Source of the DNA: the human T2T-CHM13v2.0 reference genome, Homo sapiens
Length of the DNA: 64,000 bases
Assembly: GCF_009914755.1 (NCBI RefSeq)
Contig: NC_060930.1
Reading direction: 5' to 3' (one strand)
Part shown: piece after piece, positions 37,269 through 52,353 of the stretch
Layout of the letters: every line of letters starts with the position of its first letter
How positions within the stretch are numbered: position 1 is the first letter of the stretch
Notes under the pieces: generated by a model
Database searches by the model: none
The model's input: only the letters and a program-made list of their open reading frames with translations
Told to the model about the DNA's origin: nothing
Translations under genes and position numbers: made by a program

Positions 37269-37678
37269 CTATAAACCAATAAGTGAAGATATGAGAGCAC
37301 ATTAGAGAAGAAGGAAATACCAAAAAACAAATAGTAGGAAATACAAAATGGAGAAGAATGTTACCGACATATTTTGTTTTCATATACCTTATGGCTATAT
37401 TTAGTTAAATTATTGAATCAAACTAAAACACTTTAAAATATTACATTTCCATGTACATTCCTTTTTGAGACCGTTGGACAAAGATTATGCTTCCCTACCA
37501 TGATCCTGCAGTCTACTGAAAAATGACAGTTCACAGCTGAAATACTCACCAAATGCCAGACTATTCTATATTCACTTGAAATTTTCCCCAAATTCAACTT
37601 GGAATCAGTCAAAATTTGAAGAATCCTTTTTTTTTAGGGCACTTATAAAGGAGATGGTTTTTCATTTCTTCTCCTTAC

Positions 37679-37824
37679 CTGTGTATAATGTCCAACCACT
37701 GCGTTGGGAGTCTTTGGCCCTACACCAAAGTCAAAATCATTGTACTCATCAAACCAGCTTTGGATTGCTTGTGACCATGAGCTGGAGGCACTTGACATGT
37801 AGAGATTCTCACCACATTTTAGAC
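37679..37824 (-). CDS. CRISP3: CRISP3 exon 5 ([49 protein letters not shown])
   Basis: ORF 37643..37843; acceptor 37825-37826, donor 37677-37678; 146 nt. Confidence 0.97.
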
Positions 37825-39479
37825 CTAAGAAGGAACAGACCACTCATGAGGAAAGCAATAAAGCATGCAATGGCAAAATACACACAAACACACACACACT
37901 ACACACAGCAGAATCCCTGTTTTTTAAATACAGTCCCCAGTACCCACCGTTAATGAATATTGACTAATACATAAGGAGGGTGCCTCAGATCCTTATCAGC
38001 TATAAGCTGAATAGAAGCCAGATTTGCCCAATACTTGAGGCTGGTCTCAACATGCAAAACTTTGAGTAGATGGAGAAGCCTTTTTTCTTTAATGTCTGCT
38101 CTCCCTGGATTCATTTATTTACACATTGAATTCTTCACATGTGTGTGCCTTATGAGCTTTCAGCTTTGTAATGTGAGCTTGCTGAAGACAGAGATCAACT
38201 TAGTAATTCCTCTCCTGCTCTAGCCCATACTCACCAGAGATTTTCATATATAGGAATCTGAATAAGTGGTTAGAATTATTATTTTGTGTGAATTTTTTAA
38301 AAAGTCTTATGCTCAGTCTTTAAGAGCCCTAAACATGAAGCAAATGACACCATAAAAGACAATATTTTCACAGGTTACAGGCCTCCTCTTAGCAAATCAG
38401 AACATCACAGGCCACACTCTGGTCAAAAAATAAGGAAAAAAGTGCCTTGCAGCCCAGAAATACTTCAACACTTTTTCAAGCCCTAAAATTAATATTTATA
38501 TTTGGATGGCTTAACAAGGAATGTCTACATGCTACTTAAAGAGAGTATAAACTACCTTTGTATAGCTCCTTTGAGAGGGAAAGAAAGAAGCTAAGATTTT
38601 AACAATAGATTGGGATTTTCAAGACCATTTCTTTCAATCTTCTCGTGACCATAGTTACCCCCTTTCATAAATTTATTATAGTTTTATATCAAAAATATAG
38701 ATAACAGTGGCTGTCCTATTTTCAAAACAAGCCAGTTATTTACCACTTGTAAATTTGGTTTGCCTTTACCTATGTTATTTTTGATAATTTAATAAGTATT
38801 TTATCTGATAGCTCATCCATATGATATTTTATCTAATTGTTTTTATATTTATTGATGTATAGGTTATGTCTTGCAGGTCATTTTTTTAGTTTAATATAGT
38901 ATGCATTGTAAACATCCAGAAAATATAAAAGACATGGCTTACTGTCATCAAAAATTCAAAAGAAAATAATAAAAGTTAATGCTAATGTTAAATACGTTTT
39001 TCATAAAATTCAGGAACAGTTTGACAAAATTTAAAATATTTTATAGAAAAAAAATTAAGTAGGTTTCAAAACACAAATAGGCTGCATATTGTCACTAAAA
39101 AGGGTACTGATTTAGAAGCCAGAAATTCTAATTCCAAATTTCCTATATATGACATTAATTGCCAATCATCATTTTCTTCCAGGCTGTTGATTTTCTAATC
39201 TCTGTAATTGGGAAAGAGATGATCTGTAACCTGCTTTACTCCTGAGCTGATTGAGAGGTAAAAATATGATACTGTGTGAGACGGTTTTTGTAAAATTTAT
39301 TTAAAACAGTAAGCACAGATGGTGCTTCTCAGAGTTATCTCTACATGTAGATAGTCCATATTGAAAAAGGTAGCATTAGAAGCAATATTTATTTACAAAC
39401 TTTTCTTAATGCAACATCATAACATGGTTTATTATTTTACTTGTTGATTTATTCAACAAATATTTCCTAATTTACATAC

Positions 39480-39567
39480 TTGTCATTCGATCCTTTGGGT
39501 TACTGTGTCTGTAATTGCACTGGTTTGCCCACTTTTGGGCATTTGCTGCAGCCTCTTTGTTCCATTC
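39480..39567 (-). CDS. CRISP3: CRISP3 exon 4 (EWNKEAAANAQKWANQCNYRHSNPKDRMT-S)
   Basis: TTTCAG acceptor 39568-39569, GTATGT donor 39478-39479; 88 nt. Confidence 0.96.
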
Positions 39568-40366
39568 CTGAAACAAGGACAGAAAAAAGATATCCACTTA
39601 ATGTCTCAAACCTCAAAGGAGCATAAGCTTTATAATCAGGTTATAGGTTGATTTACATCATCATAAAATTTCTGTACAAGCATCTTCTGATTTTTATAGT
39701 AATCAAATGTATATATTTTTTATGTGCTTTTATCTGCTCCACAAAGAAATATAGGTAATATGCCTACCCTAAGTAATCAAAAAATCTAGGTTTATGGTCC
39801 AATTATTTATCACAGGACATCAGAAACACCTAAAGATTTTTTGTAATGGTCCTGTTCTAAATATTGATAAACATGTGGAGGTGCTGAGATTGCTTTTCCA
39901 ACAATGAAGTAATTAGCTGGCTTACTTCATTTCCAGTTCTTTTTTTCTTTTTTTCCCCCTCACTGAATATGTTCGGGAGACATGTGGCCTTTGGTACAGG
40001 GCCCAGAAAAGTAGATTGTTATTTACCCTACATGGCATTTATCTTAAAAGGAAAAGGTCTTTCTGATCTCAGATTAGGACAGATAAGATAAGGAGCAGAA
40101 AAACATAATGGCTTTTCACCGTATGTCCAAAGATTAGGTTTTAATTCTGCCTCCATAATTTAAATAGCCCTATGAATTTGACGTTATGCAACCATTATAA
40201 AGAGAAGTTAAGAAATTCAGCTCTGCCCATTACACAGCTCAAATGAAACAAAAAAATACAGAGAGAACTTTGTAAACTTCAAAGTTATTAAGAGATATTA
40301 GTTGCCAGCCGCCTACTCCTTCCACAGCTTGTTCACACCCCTCTCCTTTGCAATATCACCTCTTAC

Positions 40367-40483
40367 CATCTTCAGCATGTTTCTGGCAGGGGGAGATACT
40401 GCTCTCCTCAGTTCATTGTGCTTATTCACAATCTCCCTTTGCACTTGTGTTTGGGTGGTTAACAAAGCAGTAAAAGCGGGATC
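40367..40483 (-). CDS. CRISP3: CRISP3 exon 3 ([39 protein letters not shown])
   Basis: Acceptor 40484-40485, donor 40365-40366; 117 nt. Confidence 0.97.
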
Positions 40484-41300
40484 CTAAGGGAAAATAAAAT
40501 TACAATTATCTTTTAACATTGTTGGAAATTGCACATAATAGTAACTATGTTAGTTCAAGGGAACAAAGACCATTTTTAAAAAGTGTTGCCAATGCTAGGT
40601 AAACATTGTCAATGACTGCCAAAGCTATGACTTTTTAATGGAAAAGTATTAGATGAAAGTTTTCAGAATGGGGATATAATTCATGGCATGACAAACTAAA
40701 ATCTCCTCTGAGGCCACAAATACCAATTTCTGGGTTAAGAGAGGTCTTAATGTGATTTTTCTAAATATATGAGTGATAACATCTTATAGTGACAAGGGTA
40801 CATGATAGTAATTATTAAGACATTCACACTCAGGCTGCAGCAAAGAAGTTGTAAAGATTGAGGCATATGATTTACCCTAAGACTCTAGGGGGAATTTCTG
40901 CCTGAAATGGTGTCTGGTATTTAGAAAAAATGCTTAGGCTCAGCCTAAGTGCATGTGTAACATGCAATACTCTAGTAAAAGAGTTTTATGTATTACGTAG
41001 CAAATATTATGGGATCACTCAAAAGATAGTTTTACCACATTAAAAAAAATCTCCAAGGCAATTTGCGGGGTGGAGCAAAGTCATTTAATTAATGAACTTC
41101 AATACCCTCATGTGGCTAGGGGCTACCATATTGATCACCACAGCTTTAAACATAATTATGTTAACTACCTTGAGCTACTAATGAGTACTTTATGATGTAC
41201 CAGACACTCTAGACCTTTTCACTTTTGAAGATTGATCTAGTAGCTTGCCATCCCTCATGGTTGCCTGAATTTTTCTGAAGATTTTTGACTTCAACCATAC

Positions 41301-41374
41301 CTTATCTTCATTTGCTGGAAAAGATGGAAGCAGCCCAGCAACCAGGAACAACAGCACTGGGAATAATGTCATTG
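41301..41374 (-). CDS. CRISP3: CRISP3 exon 2 (A-MTLFPVLLFLVAGLLPSFPANEDK), signal peptide; an alternative acceptor extends the exon to 41404
   Basis: ORF 41190..41471; CCCAG acceptor 41375-41376, GTATGG donor 41299-41300; second ATG at 41370-41372. Confidence 0.96.
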
Positions 41375-44300
41375 CTGGGAAAACAAAACCGGTGGAACAG
41401 GGATCTGCATTAAAATGATTGGTACATGCTGTTGAGTAACATGGGGGTGGGAGAAACGTAATGACCTCCATTATCCCAAATTCATTATTAATGTAACAGG
41501 AGAAGACTTGTCACATGGAGCCAGCAGAATGACAGTGGATTCAGCTTTCAAAGTATGCATTCAACTGGGACTATAAAGAACAAACCAAAATTCCCGACTG
41601 AAGCCCTTGAAGCATGCCTATAAATGCTAAGGACTTTCTACCTCCTTCTTCCGCAGCTCCGCAGTCTTCTCTGTGTAACTACTGTCTTTAGGTTGTAGGA
41701 GTGGATTCTTCACAATAACAATTCAGTAGCTTCCAACTGTGTTTATTACTGGGATACTACTGCATTAGCCCTTGCTGATTTCCTTAAGTGCTGTCTACAC
41801 TTTTATAAATATAACCTTATTAACATTTCTTCAAATTAAAAGTTAGCATGTGCCAGTTCTTTTCCGTCAGGGATCTGGCTCATATACTTGCCATTCTTCA
41901 AACCCTAGAAAGTCCTCTACGTATATGCTTTTTATGCATACCTTTAAACTACTCTCTTCAAGTTTACCCATGCAGCCAGCATCCTAACTCCTTTCCTCTC
42001 AAAACTTTCTTTAATACCATGCCTCAAATTTAAAAAGGCAACATTTTTTTCCTCTGGATCTTAAAACAAAAAGGTAATAATTTGATTCTCATGTTTAAGG
42101 GATTACTCACCCTATCTGTATTAATATCCTTAATATGTTCACATTCTTTATCTCACTAATTCAACTTCTTAGAATTCTACTGAAATTATAAACTATACTA
42201 AAAAGTTTTAAGCATAAAATTTTCATCATGTTATCATTTATAAGGGTTAAAACATTGTAAATTAATTACATGCCTAGCAATAGGGAGATATAATGTCTAA
42301 GTAAATGAGAATACATCCTCTTATGGCAGTATATTAGACATAAAAACCACTATACATTTATGGTTGTTTTGTAACCTCAGAGAAGAAGCTTATGCTTCAG
42401 TGTTAAGTTTAAAAACAAGAAAGCAGAACAAATAGTATATGGTAGATCCTTAGCCTTCTGATTTGGACTGAACGTTAATAGAAGTAGTGACTCATCCTAC
42501 AAAAGCTCTTCCTTCTTAGTTATTCACTGGTTCCTCCTGAACCTCAGCTCTGGGGGCTGGGACTGGGTCTCCCTTAGACTATGAACTTAGCTAACACCAA
42601 ATCCCCACAGAACTCCCAGAGGAAGAGCTTTCCACCCCAGACTGGTTCCCAGCACTAAATTCAGCTTTCCTTCTCCTAACCAGCACCTCTGCACCCCACC
42701 ACCCCGCCCACTGTGAATCTAAGTATTGGGATGCAGCCTGATATACACTTGCAAAACCCATTTTCATGCTATTAAAGTCAATGTCACAAACCATCTCGTC
42801 CCAGCATCGCCCCACAATCACCCCGCAAATATGGGACTTTGCTGGTATCCATTTGTATCACTTTTTCAAAGATATTTCCAATGGAAGAACAAGAAAATGG
42901 GAGCAGGGGAGATATACTTTTGATAACAAGTGTGGTTTTATTTTGTCCAATGCATTAATAAATACACTTGAAGTCTGAAAAAAAAAAAGAATCCACGAAA
43001 AATGATGTTGCCAGAATGCAGATCTGGAGCTCCAGAAGATTTCAAACTACTAGTGTTATAGACCTTGAAACTCACTCAGAAATAACTTAACCTGGCCCTG
43101 CTTCCACTTCTAAATCAATATGTTGATGCCCTAACTCCTAGTGTGCTGTATTTAGAGATGGGCCCTCTAGTGCGTCTCCTGCAGAATTTGAGAGCAAAAG
43201 AGGAAAAACAGATTCTTATTTTCATTTGTAAGTCAAAGACAATTAGGTATTCTTCTTTCCTTTAGGAGACATTTATCAAGTTTTGTACACTCTATTCAGG
43301 ATAACATGTTATAATATTGCTGCACATGATCAAGTGAACAAGACTTGGTTCTTGCCCTCAGAGTCCTGGTATATAATTACGGGAGCTCATCATTCAAGTA
43401 CCCAGAGGGGGAGCTGGTTGAATTTTCTCATGTGTGCAAAAGAGGAGAGTAAAATTTTATTTCCTTTTACAGTGATCCATTCCAATGCTTTATGGAGAGA
43501 GATGGGGAAGAATCTAGCACAATTCAGGGCTCAGGGAGTAAACAACTTGAATGAGATAAATATGATAAAGATGTAACATCAGCTTTAAGACCAATAATGG
43601 TGACAGAGAGTCGCTGTAATATTTCACTCCATCCCCACCTCTCCTCCCAAGGGACTACTGTAAATAGCAGGTGCAAGTGGAAAATGATTTGTTTGCAATT
43701 CCATTTAGTAGTAGCGTCACATAGAAGGTACTAGAAAGAATGAAAAAAAAATAGCCTCTCCTGTCATTCACTTCCATGAAGCAATTTCTAAGTGTATTAG
43801 TTATACATTATTTTCTACTATTCCTTGGAAATAAGCAGTAGATTTCTCTTAATTCATTTCACTTGAAAGAGTTATTTTGCTATGTGTAAGTCACTGAGTC
43901 CTACCTTTTATATGGTTTTCTGTTCTGTTCTGGTTTTCCTTTTTCAAAGAAATTAATAATTTATCTCAAGTGTGATTAGAGAAAAACCAAGTCCCTGGAT
44001 TTCAAAGATTTATGATTTCAAATAGTGATGGTTTGCTACTAATTCCAGATCTACAGCAGAGCAAATTGTGTCTTTCTGAAGCATAAATGTATATAATACA
44101 ATTAAACTGTAACATACTGTGCCTTCTTCACACTGATGTTAGGACCACTGGTATGTTTGAAACACTCCCTTGGAAAAGGAAATCATTTTATCAAATGACC
44201 TGATATCACTGCATATTGACTGACAACATATATCTACAAAAACTTCTATAGGCATATCTGGCTTTAACAGTCCATTTTGTGGAAATAAGGATTTGCAAAT

Positions 44301-44550
44301 TAGGAAGTAGGACAAATTTGCTTAGTGCTAAGAGAAGAATTAATCAAATGGTCTATTTATAAAGCAAGCCTTTGGCTTTTATTTCAGGCACAATATCAAA
44401 ATAAGCAAGCTTCTTGCTGCCACCCCAAAATTAACTCTGAAAAAATTATAGAAGCAAGAGGGAAACAGGGATTCCAAGAAAATACTGAAAAGATAGTGAG
44501 AAAATCTGAGGAGAATAAAGTCTCTCATGACTTCTAGAATGTGTATATGG

Positions 44551-44551
<1 letters not shown>

Positions 44552-44587
<36 letters not shown>
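44552..44587. repeat. (TG)n microsatellite
   Basis: Direct. Confidence 0.95.
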
Positions 44588-44589
<2 letters not shown>

Positions 44590-44793
44590 GTGTATAGTGA
44601 ATGTGAAGGAGAGGGGAGTGCTGCATCCAACAGCAGTGGTTGGTCTAAAGTAATGCCTGTTAGTTTCTACTCTTGCCTCAAAACAATCGATTCCTCTTTA
44701 TTTGCAAAATTCTGCAACAACAGAAAAACGCTTGCTCTAGTGCTATGTGTCAGCAAAGTAGCATCGAAGAACTGTAAGACCCATCCTGTGTGG

Positions 44794-45150
44794 GGCTGGA
44801 TGCGGTGGCTAATGCCTGTAATCCCAGGACTTTGGGAGGCCGAGGTGAGCAGATCACGAGGTCAAGAGATCGAGACCATCCTGGCTAGCACGGTGAAACC
44901 CCATCTCTACTAAAAATACAAAAAATTAGCCGGGCATGGTGGCGAGAGCCTGTAGTCCCAGCTACTCGGGAGGCTGAGGCAGGAGAATGGCGTGAACTCG
45001 GGAGGCAGAGCTTGCAGTGAGCCGAGATCGCGCCACTGCCCTGGGCGACAGAGCGAGACTCCGTCTCAAAAAAAACAAAAAACAAAAAACAAACAAACAA
45101 AAAAAACAAACAAAAAAAAACCACCAAAAAAAAAAAAACAAAAAACGAAA
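44794..45150 (+). mobile_element. AluY with a long patterned A/C tail
   Basis: GAGAATGGCGTGAAC diagnostic; TSD CCATCCTGTGTG; small deletion in the right arm (CCACTGC^CCTGGG). Confidence 0.93.
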
Positions 45151-45349
45151 GTACCATCCTGTGTGAAGAACCAATGATAATAAGGTCATGTGTGATAGCA
45201 CTCTCCAGTGCTCTTATACTCACGCCTTCTTACTCCCTAGTGTTGTATGGTTCAAATTAGCTTGACTACTTCCTCCCAATGCTGTTTTTTCCTGAAATGT
45301 AATCTGAGGAGTGGATATAATTCCGGGATTGACTCATAAAAGACGTAAG

Positions 45350-46800
<1,451 letters not shown>

Positions 46801-48305
46801 CATTAAAAAGCAAAGGAGGAAGAACAGACTATAGAAATATTTTAAAGGATTACGTGGATTAGAAAAGATGTCAAAAGCATTAACACATGTGAGTATAATG
46901 TGTGCACTATAGGTATAGACACATTTATAAACTAGTCACAGCACAGAAAAGTATTTGATGCAATATTTTCTTACTTAAAATTTAATAGTTAATCTTTATT
47001 CTGATCACTTTCTTTCATCTTATTATGTATCTGTGATACAGAAAGCAGCCTATGCCAATATGCAAAGTTTGCAAAACTGCTAGACTTCATCAAGTAAGAA
47101 ATTCGTAAAGATATCCAAATAAGAATAGCTGTCTTGCATTTCTTGAGAAGCACTTTTTTTTCAAGGATGAATTCCCTCCCTTTTACTTGAATTCAATAAA
47201 TAACGTAACTGAAATTCATAGCAATTATCAGATTTACATTACTTGAGAATTCTGACACTCTTCCTCCCAATTCATCCCTGCCTGTTACAAATCAGAAGCC
47301 CCAATTTACCTCATAACTTATCAATGTAGGGTAACTCCCAGGCTTGAAACTTGTCATCAATTTAATTTCTTTTGATCCACTTTCAGAGGTCTTAGTCATA
47401 CAGGCAGACATTCTAGATTTGGTTTTAACTAGCAGAAGAGGCAACACCGGATCTTCTATGGCTATTGCAAATACTCCCAGAGTTTCCTGGATAGCATTTA
47501 GCCACAGGGAAGAAAAGCATTTTACTTTAAAATCTTCTGTCTAGTGGTAAATAACCCCTTTCATGTTGTCATTAGGTAGTTCTGTGGTCTCCTACTATCT
47601 GACTCTTCAGAATCACTTCTAATATGCTACGGAAGATAAAGCCGTATGTGGAAATTGCTTCCTTAGATGAAATATGCACGATAGATATTATATTTAAATT
47701 ACCTACATAAACATGACTGAGTAGACTGACTTTTGACTGAAAAACTTCTAAAAGCCTTTTTTTTTTGTTTTTGATCTGAGTGCATTTCATGAGGTAAATT
47801 GCATTTTATGTTGATGGTCTTTAATAAAATACTTTTTAATCTTGAGATCAGTGCTATAATTTTGTTTTGACCAATTTAAAACTTTTGCTATGGCATCCCA
47901 TATAGCTGTATGTTTTAATATTAGTAAAAGTTACTGATGTGAAAGTATGCACACACATATATTCATAGTTTTTCATTTTTCTATTAAAAATAGTTCTAGT
48001 ACAATTGTTTCCACAAGTCATAGACATGGGAATTAGTTATATTACTTTAGAATGAAAGGTAAAAATTTATTTAAATTTCAAACTGGATAAAAGTGCTTTT
48101 GGAATAATAAAGCTGTCTATGTATTAGCTTCTCAGCTTAAAATGAATATATTAAGATAATTACTCTCATTAAAAGTTATCAATAAACTTTGGAAAATTGT
48201 AGATAAAATATACGAATATATCACTTTATCATTGATAAGGTATAAATGTGTTGTTCACCTTGAAATAAATAATGTTCACCTTGAAATAAAGGAGTTATCA
48301 CTTAC

Positions 48306-48342
48306 CAGTGGTTTCCAGAGCAGGATGAAGTATTTGTTTCAT
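48306..48342 (-). CDS. CRISP3: CRISP3 exon 1 coding part (MKQILHPALETT-)
   Basis: ATG 48340-48342; G|GTAAGT donor 48304-48305; in frame with exon 2; exon lengths sum to 37+74+117+88+146+98+89+128 = 777 nt. Confidence 0.88.
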
Positions 48343-48359
48343 CTATTGACAGAAGGAAG

Positions 48360-48430
48360 GTGCAGAGAGAGAAGGTTAGAGCCGTATATATGAAACACCT
48401 ATTTCCTGTTTTGGCAAATTCTGGTTGTGC
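48360..48430 (-). promoter_or_regulatory. CRISP3: CRISP3 core promoter: TATATA (48385-48390), ETS site ACAGGAAAT (48401-48409), C/EBP-like TTGCCAAA (48410-48417)
   Basis: Motifs read directly; the TATA lies ~45 nt upstream of the ATG, implying a TSS near 48360. Confidence 0.75.
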
Positions 48431-48741
48431 AAGTAACTCTAGATCAACAAGGCCTGAAACAGGATTTGTCATACCAGTAGTCTCAAATTTCATTGCTGGT
48501 TTTCTAGTCATGATTTTGAAATTATTTGGTGATTCCTCAAATGGCTTTTAAAAATAAATTGCTATATCAAGTTTTGTAATTGTGCATTTATTCTTTGAAG
48601 TTCATATATTACAATTTATCCATGTTTTTGCCAGTCAATAGTTTGAAAATTCTTAGCCCAATTATTAGCATCACAACATTAGAGTTTTCAGAATTATTTC
48701 TGTTGGATTGAAATTAAGCTCATAATTTTTATGAACTCTAG

Positions 48742-48756
48742 AGAACACAATGTTTT
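48742..48756. promoter_or_regulatory. Candidate androgen/steroid response element AGAACAcaaTGTTTT
   Basis: One mismatch to AGAACAnnnTGTTCT, ~380 bp upstream of the CRISP3 TSS. Confidence 0.45.
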
Positions 48757-49734
48757 TTACAGCTATCTAAAATGTTTATTAATAATCTATTGGACATTAC
48801 TGTTTTGGATAATAATTTTATCTTTAATGTTTGTAAATACAAGGCCACAGTGACTTTCAGAACTCAATGGCCAAACACACCATAACTCATTGGTATTTCT
48901 ATATTCAAAGATGTGCTGTATTTACTTGTATTTTCTGGTTGTATAAAATTAAAGATAATATTGATCTCCAAGCTAAATTATCATTATTTGGTTCTGTTCA
49001 TCTATGGAAGATGTCAATCATTCCAGGCTTGTTTCCATAGCACAATAATGAAGTGGGGTGGACTAACAATTTCAGATTTCCTCTGATTCTAAAATACAAT
49101 AATCTTAAATATTGAGTTTATATAAATAAAGAAGTATAAATTAATAAATCACAAGTAGCATATACATAGCACGCAGACATTTCTGCATGCTCATATTGGC
49201 ATATAGATTGCACCTTGTGGTGCATAATTCAATAGTTTCTGTTCATTTTCATTTTTATATTTAGCTTTATTGATCAATGTGACAAAATGTATAATCACAG
49301 ATCAATGTCTACACAATAGGCACATTTTAAAATTATAGTTAATTTTGAGTTCAAGAATTGGATACTTCTAAATGTCTGTTATAAGAGAGTTGAGAACTCA
49401 GAAACTCAGGTCAGATTTTACCATTAAAAAATGGTTAACCATTTGCTGCCATGTCTCCAAGTAACTCCTAGAATCTGTTTACTTTATGAACATGTGAAGT
49501 GGAAGCTCTCAATAAACCAAATCAGCTATGTGGAAAAAATCACCATGGAACAACCTTCTACACAATCCTCTTTCTGTGGCAAAATGTATTTTGTGGGGAA
49601 GGACCAGACCCAGAAGCATCCACAGCCCATTCTCTTCTCTACTTAGTGGTGTAGAATGTTGTTAAAAGCTTGATATTTCTGTTTTAATGGAAATGGGCTA
49701 AATTTCTATACCAATGTGTATTGGGAAATTTTTA

Positions 49735-50052
49735 TATTTTATTATTTTATTTTATATCATATTTTATTTTATTTGAAGCAGGATCTCACTCTATCATCCA
49801 AACTGGAGTGCAGTGGTTAGATCAGAACTCATTGTAGCCTTGAATTTCTGGGCTCAAGGGATCTCCTATTTCAGCTTCCCAAGGAGCTGAGACCATGGTG
49901 TGCACTACTATACACAGCTAATTTTTTAAATTTTTTTGTAGAGACAGAGTCTTGCTATGTTGCCCAGCTAGTGTCGAATTTCTGGCTTCAAGCAATCCTC
50001 CTGTCTTGGCCTCCCAAAGTTCTGGACTTACAGGCATGAGCCACAGCACCTA
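49735..50052 (-). mobile_element. Alu (AluJ-like)
   Basis: Diverged Alu with (TTTTA)n tail. Confidence 0.88.
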
Positions 50053-51973
50053 CTTTATTAGGAAATTATTATTCTGATTGTAAATTTTCATATTTATCAT
50101 AAATGGGAATAATATTAATTGTATTTAATTGTGATACATAATATATGTAAGCTGCCTGCCATGTAGTAAGTATTTCCAGTGTTAATTCTCTCCCACTTTA
50201 TGCACTTTTCTTCTGTATCTAGACAAACCTACCCCTAATATTTGTAAGCTGTGGGATTGCACTTGAGTTTTAGGACATGGTTTGACTTACTAAGCTATAG
50301 GCAGTTCTGTGAGAAATTACCATAAGTAGACACAAAACAGTATAAAAAGGAAAAATATTTTTGCCTCATTATTCAAACTTGATAGTTTTTCTCTAACTTT
50401 TTACTGAGTTATGACTAAATGACCACTAGATGCACCATGATGTAGAAGGCATTTTGCTTGTCAAATATTGGTACATTTATTATTAAGCTAAATAAGTATA
50501 TGTGGTCTTTTTGGGTCACAAAATACCATACACACGTTGGACTGACAGACTGACTTCAATCTGACCTTAAGTGTCCAAAATGGCTGTTTCTAGTCACCTT
50601 TGTTCTCTCATTTCCCATGATTAGGTTGTCTTTTCTGTATTTACGTGTCCCAAGGTCATTGCTGGCCCTTCATGATCCATGTCTCCCAATTTTAGCAGTG
50701 AGTGTCTTCCAGCTCTTATTTGGATATCTAAGTTCCATCTTAAAAGAGCAAATAGTTTGTTCCTGTATATACATTTTAATCTATTCCCACTATTCTATTG
50801 AAACTTATCAATGAGTCTCTTAGCGACTGTTGCTATTAATCATTACATTTTGTTTTAGGAATGCTCCTTTTCTTACTCTTTAAAATTATTCTTCTATTCC
50901 TATGCTTTGACTAGTACAGTGTAACCAGATTGTCTATAATATGAATAAATAAAGCACAGCTTCCATCTCTTCCTAGTCAGCCCTTCTCTCATCTTAGATA
51001 CAACAACATCTGAATGCTGCCTTCCTGGGATTTCTACACTGACCACCCAAAACTGACTAGTTATTACAAGGGCAACTGGGATCCCTGCCTTACAGCTGAA
51101 CTCTTGACCCAGCTTTTTATGACTTTTACTTCCCCATTATTACCAACTACCTATAGTTTACTGATTACAGTCTTTGGAAATTGCCAGGTCTGAGAAATCC
51201 TTTCTGAGCTTCAGTTTTCTCTTCTCTGAAATGTGAATTTTCATATCATACGTTGGTTTTAATGACTGAAAAGCATAATTTGTGTATAAAAATGTACTGA
51301 ATACATAATTAAACTATTAGTGCGATGCTTGGCATGTGACACTCAATAAATGGAATTATTAACATTTGTATTATTATCCCTTCCAAAGCCTGGTATTTCC
51401 TGAGTACATAAAAGTCTTCCACGAATGCATTTTGTTTGATTGAACTGCCAATTCAGGAGTCTTTATAAGAAGTCTTTCTTGTTTTAGGTATTTAGGAAAC
51501 AATCATAGTTTAACCAGAAATTCAAGTGTTTAAGGTGCAGTTCTATCAAAGCCTGTCAGGGTGACTTTAACAAAATGATTGAGCATCTCTCATTTTCTGT
51601 ATCCTCACCAATAAATTAAGGAGCACAGACTCAGGTGCATTTTAGAATTAGAATTAATTTTACTCTGCTCTCATTAATAAATAGTAGATTTATAAATCAG
51701 TTGTTGTTTTGTTGAATTATCCTTTAATATAATGGTTTAATTTAGTGACTTATTAATTTCCAAGAAAGGTATAGTCTGTGTGTCAATTTATTTGCATTTT
51801 TCTCTTGCTTCCTCAGTCCCTTTGGTTAATATCCTGATTACTTTTTGTCACTCAATGCCTAATTATATGAGTGAAATATCAGAATTATAAATTATTTATG
51901 TGTTTCACCATTCAGTGTATTATTTATTACACACACACAAACACACATGCACACACCCATATAAGATCACACG

Positions 51974-52353
51974 ATCTTAGGTCAGGTTTGCAAGAAATAC
52001 ACTGAGACACAAATTACATTGGCTCTGATTTATTGAGGAAGTACATTGCAGCAGAAAGGAAAAGAGTGAAGCAGGTCAGGGGAGGACAAAGAGCTAAAGA
52101 AGAATGTGTTCTCAGGTAAAATCTAGTCTTCCCTGATTAATAGAGGCAGTGCTGCAGACAGCCTTTTTAAACCTATGAACAGTCAGTCATTAGTAACAGT
52201 GGGGAGATGACAAGGTGGTTCTCCTCTGCCAAAGGCAATTCTCTTGAGAGGGGGCAGATGTGGGCACAGTAGCTAATTCTCACAACATCTGGGGGACAGA
52301 AGCATTGCCTCTGGGATGGGATCTCTGTGCAATACCTAAACAGCATCCACCAT
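51974..52353. mobile_element. Old ERVL-type LTR (LTR33-like)
   Basis: TCTTAGGTCAGGTTT...CTGAGACAC...TTTATTGAGGAAG...CAGCATCCACCA resembles recalled consensus. Confidence 0.4.
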
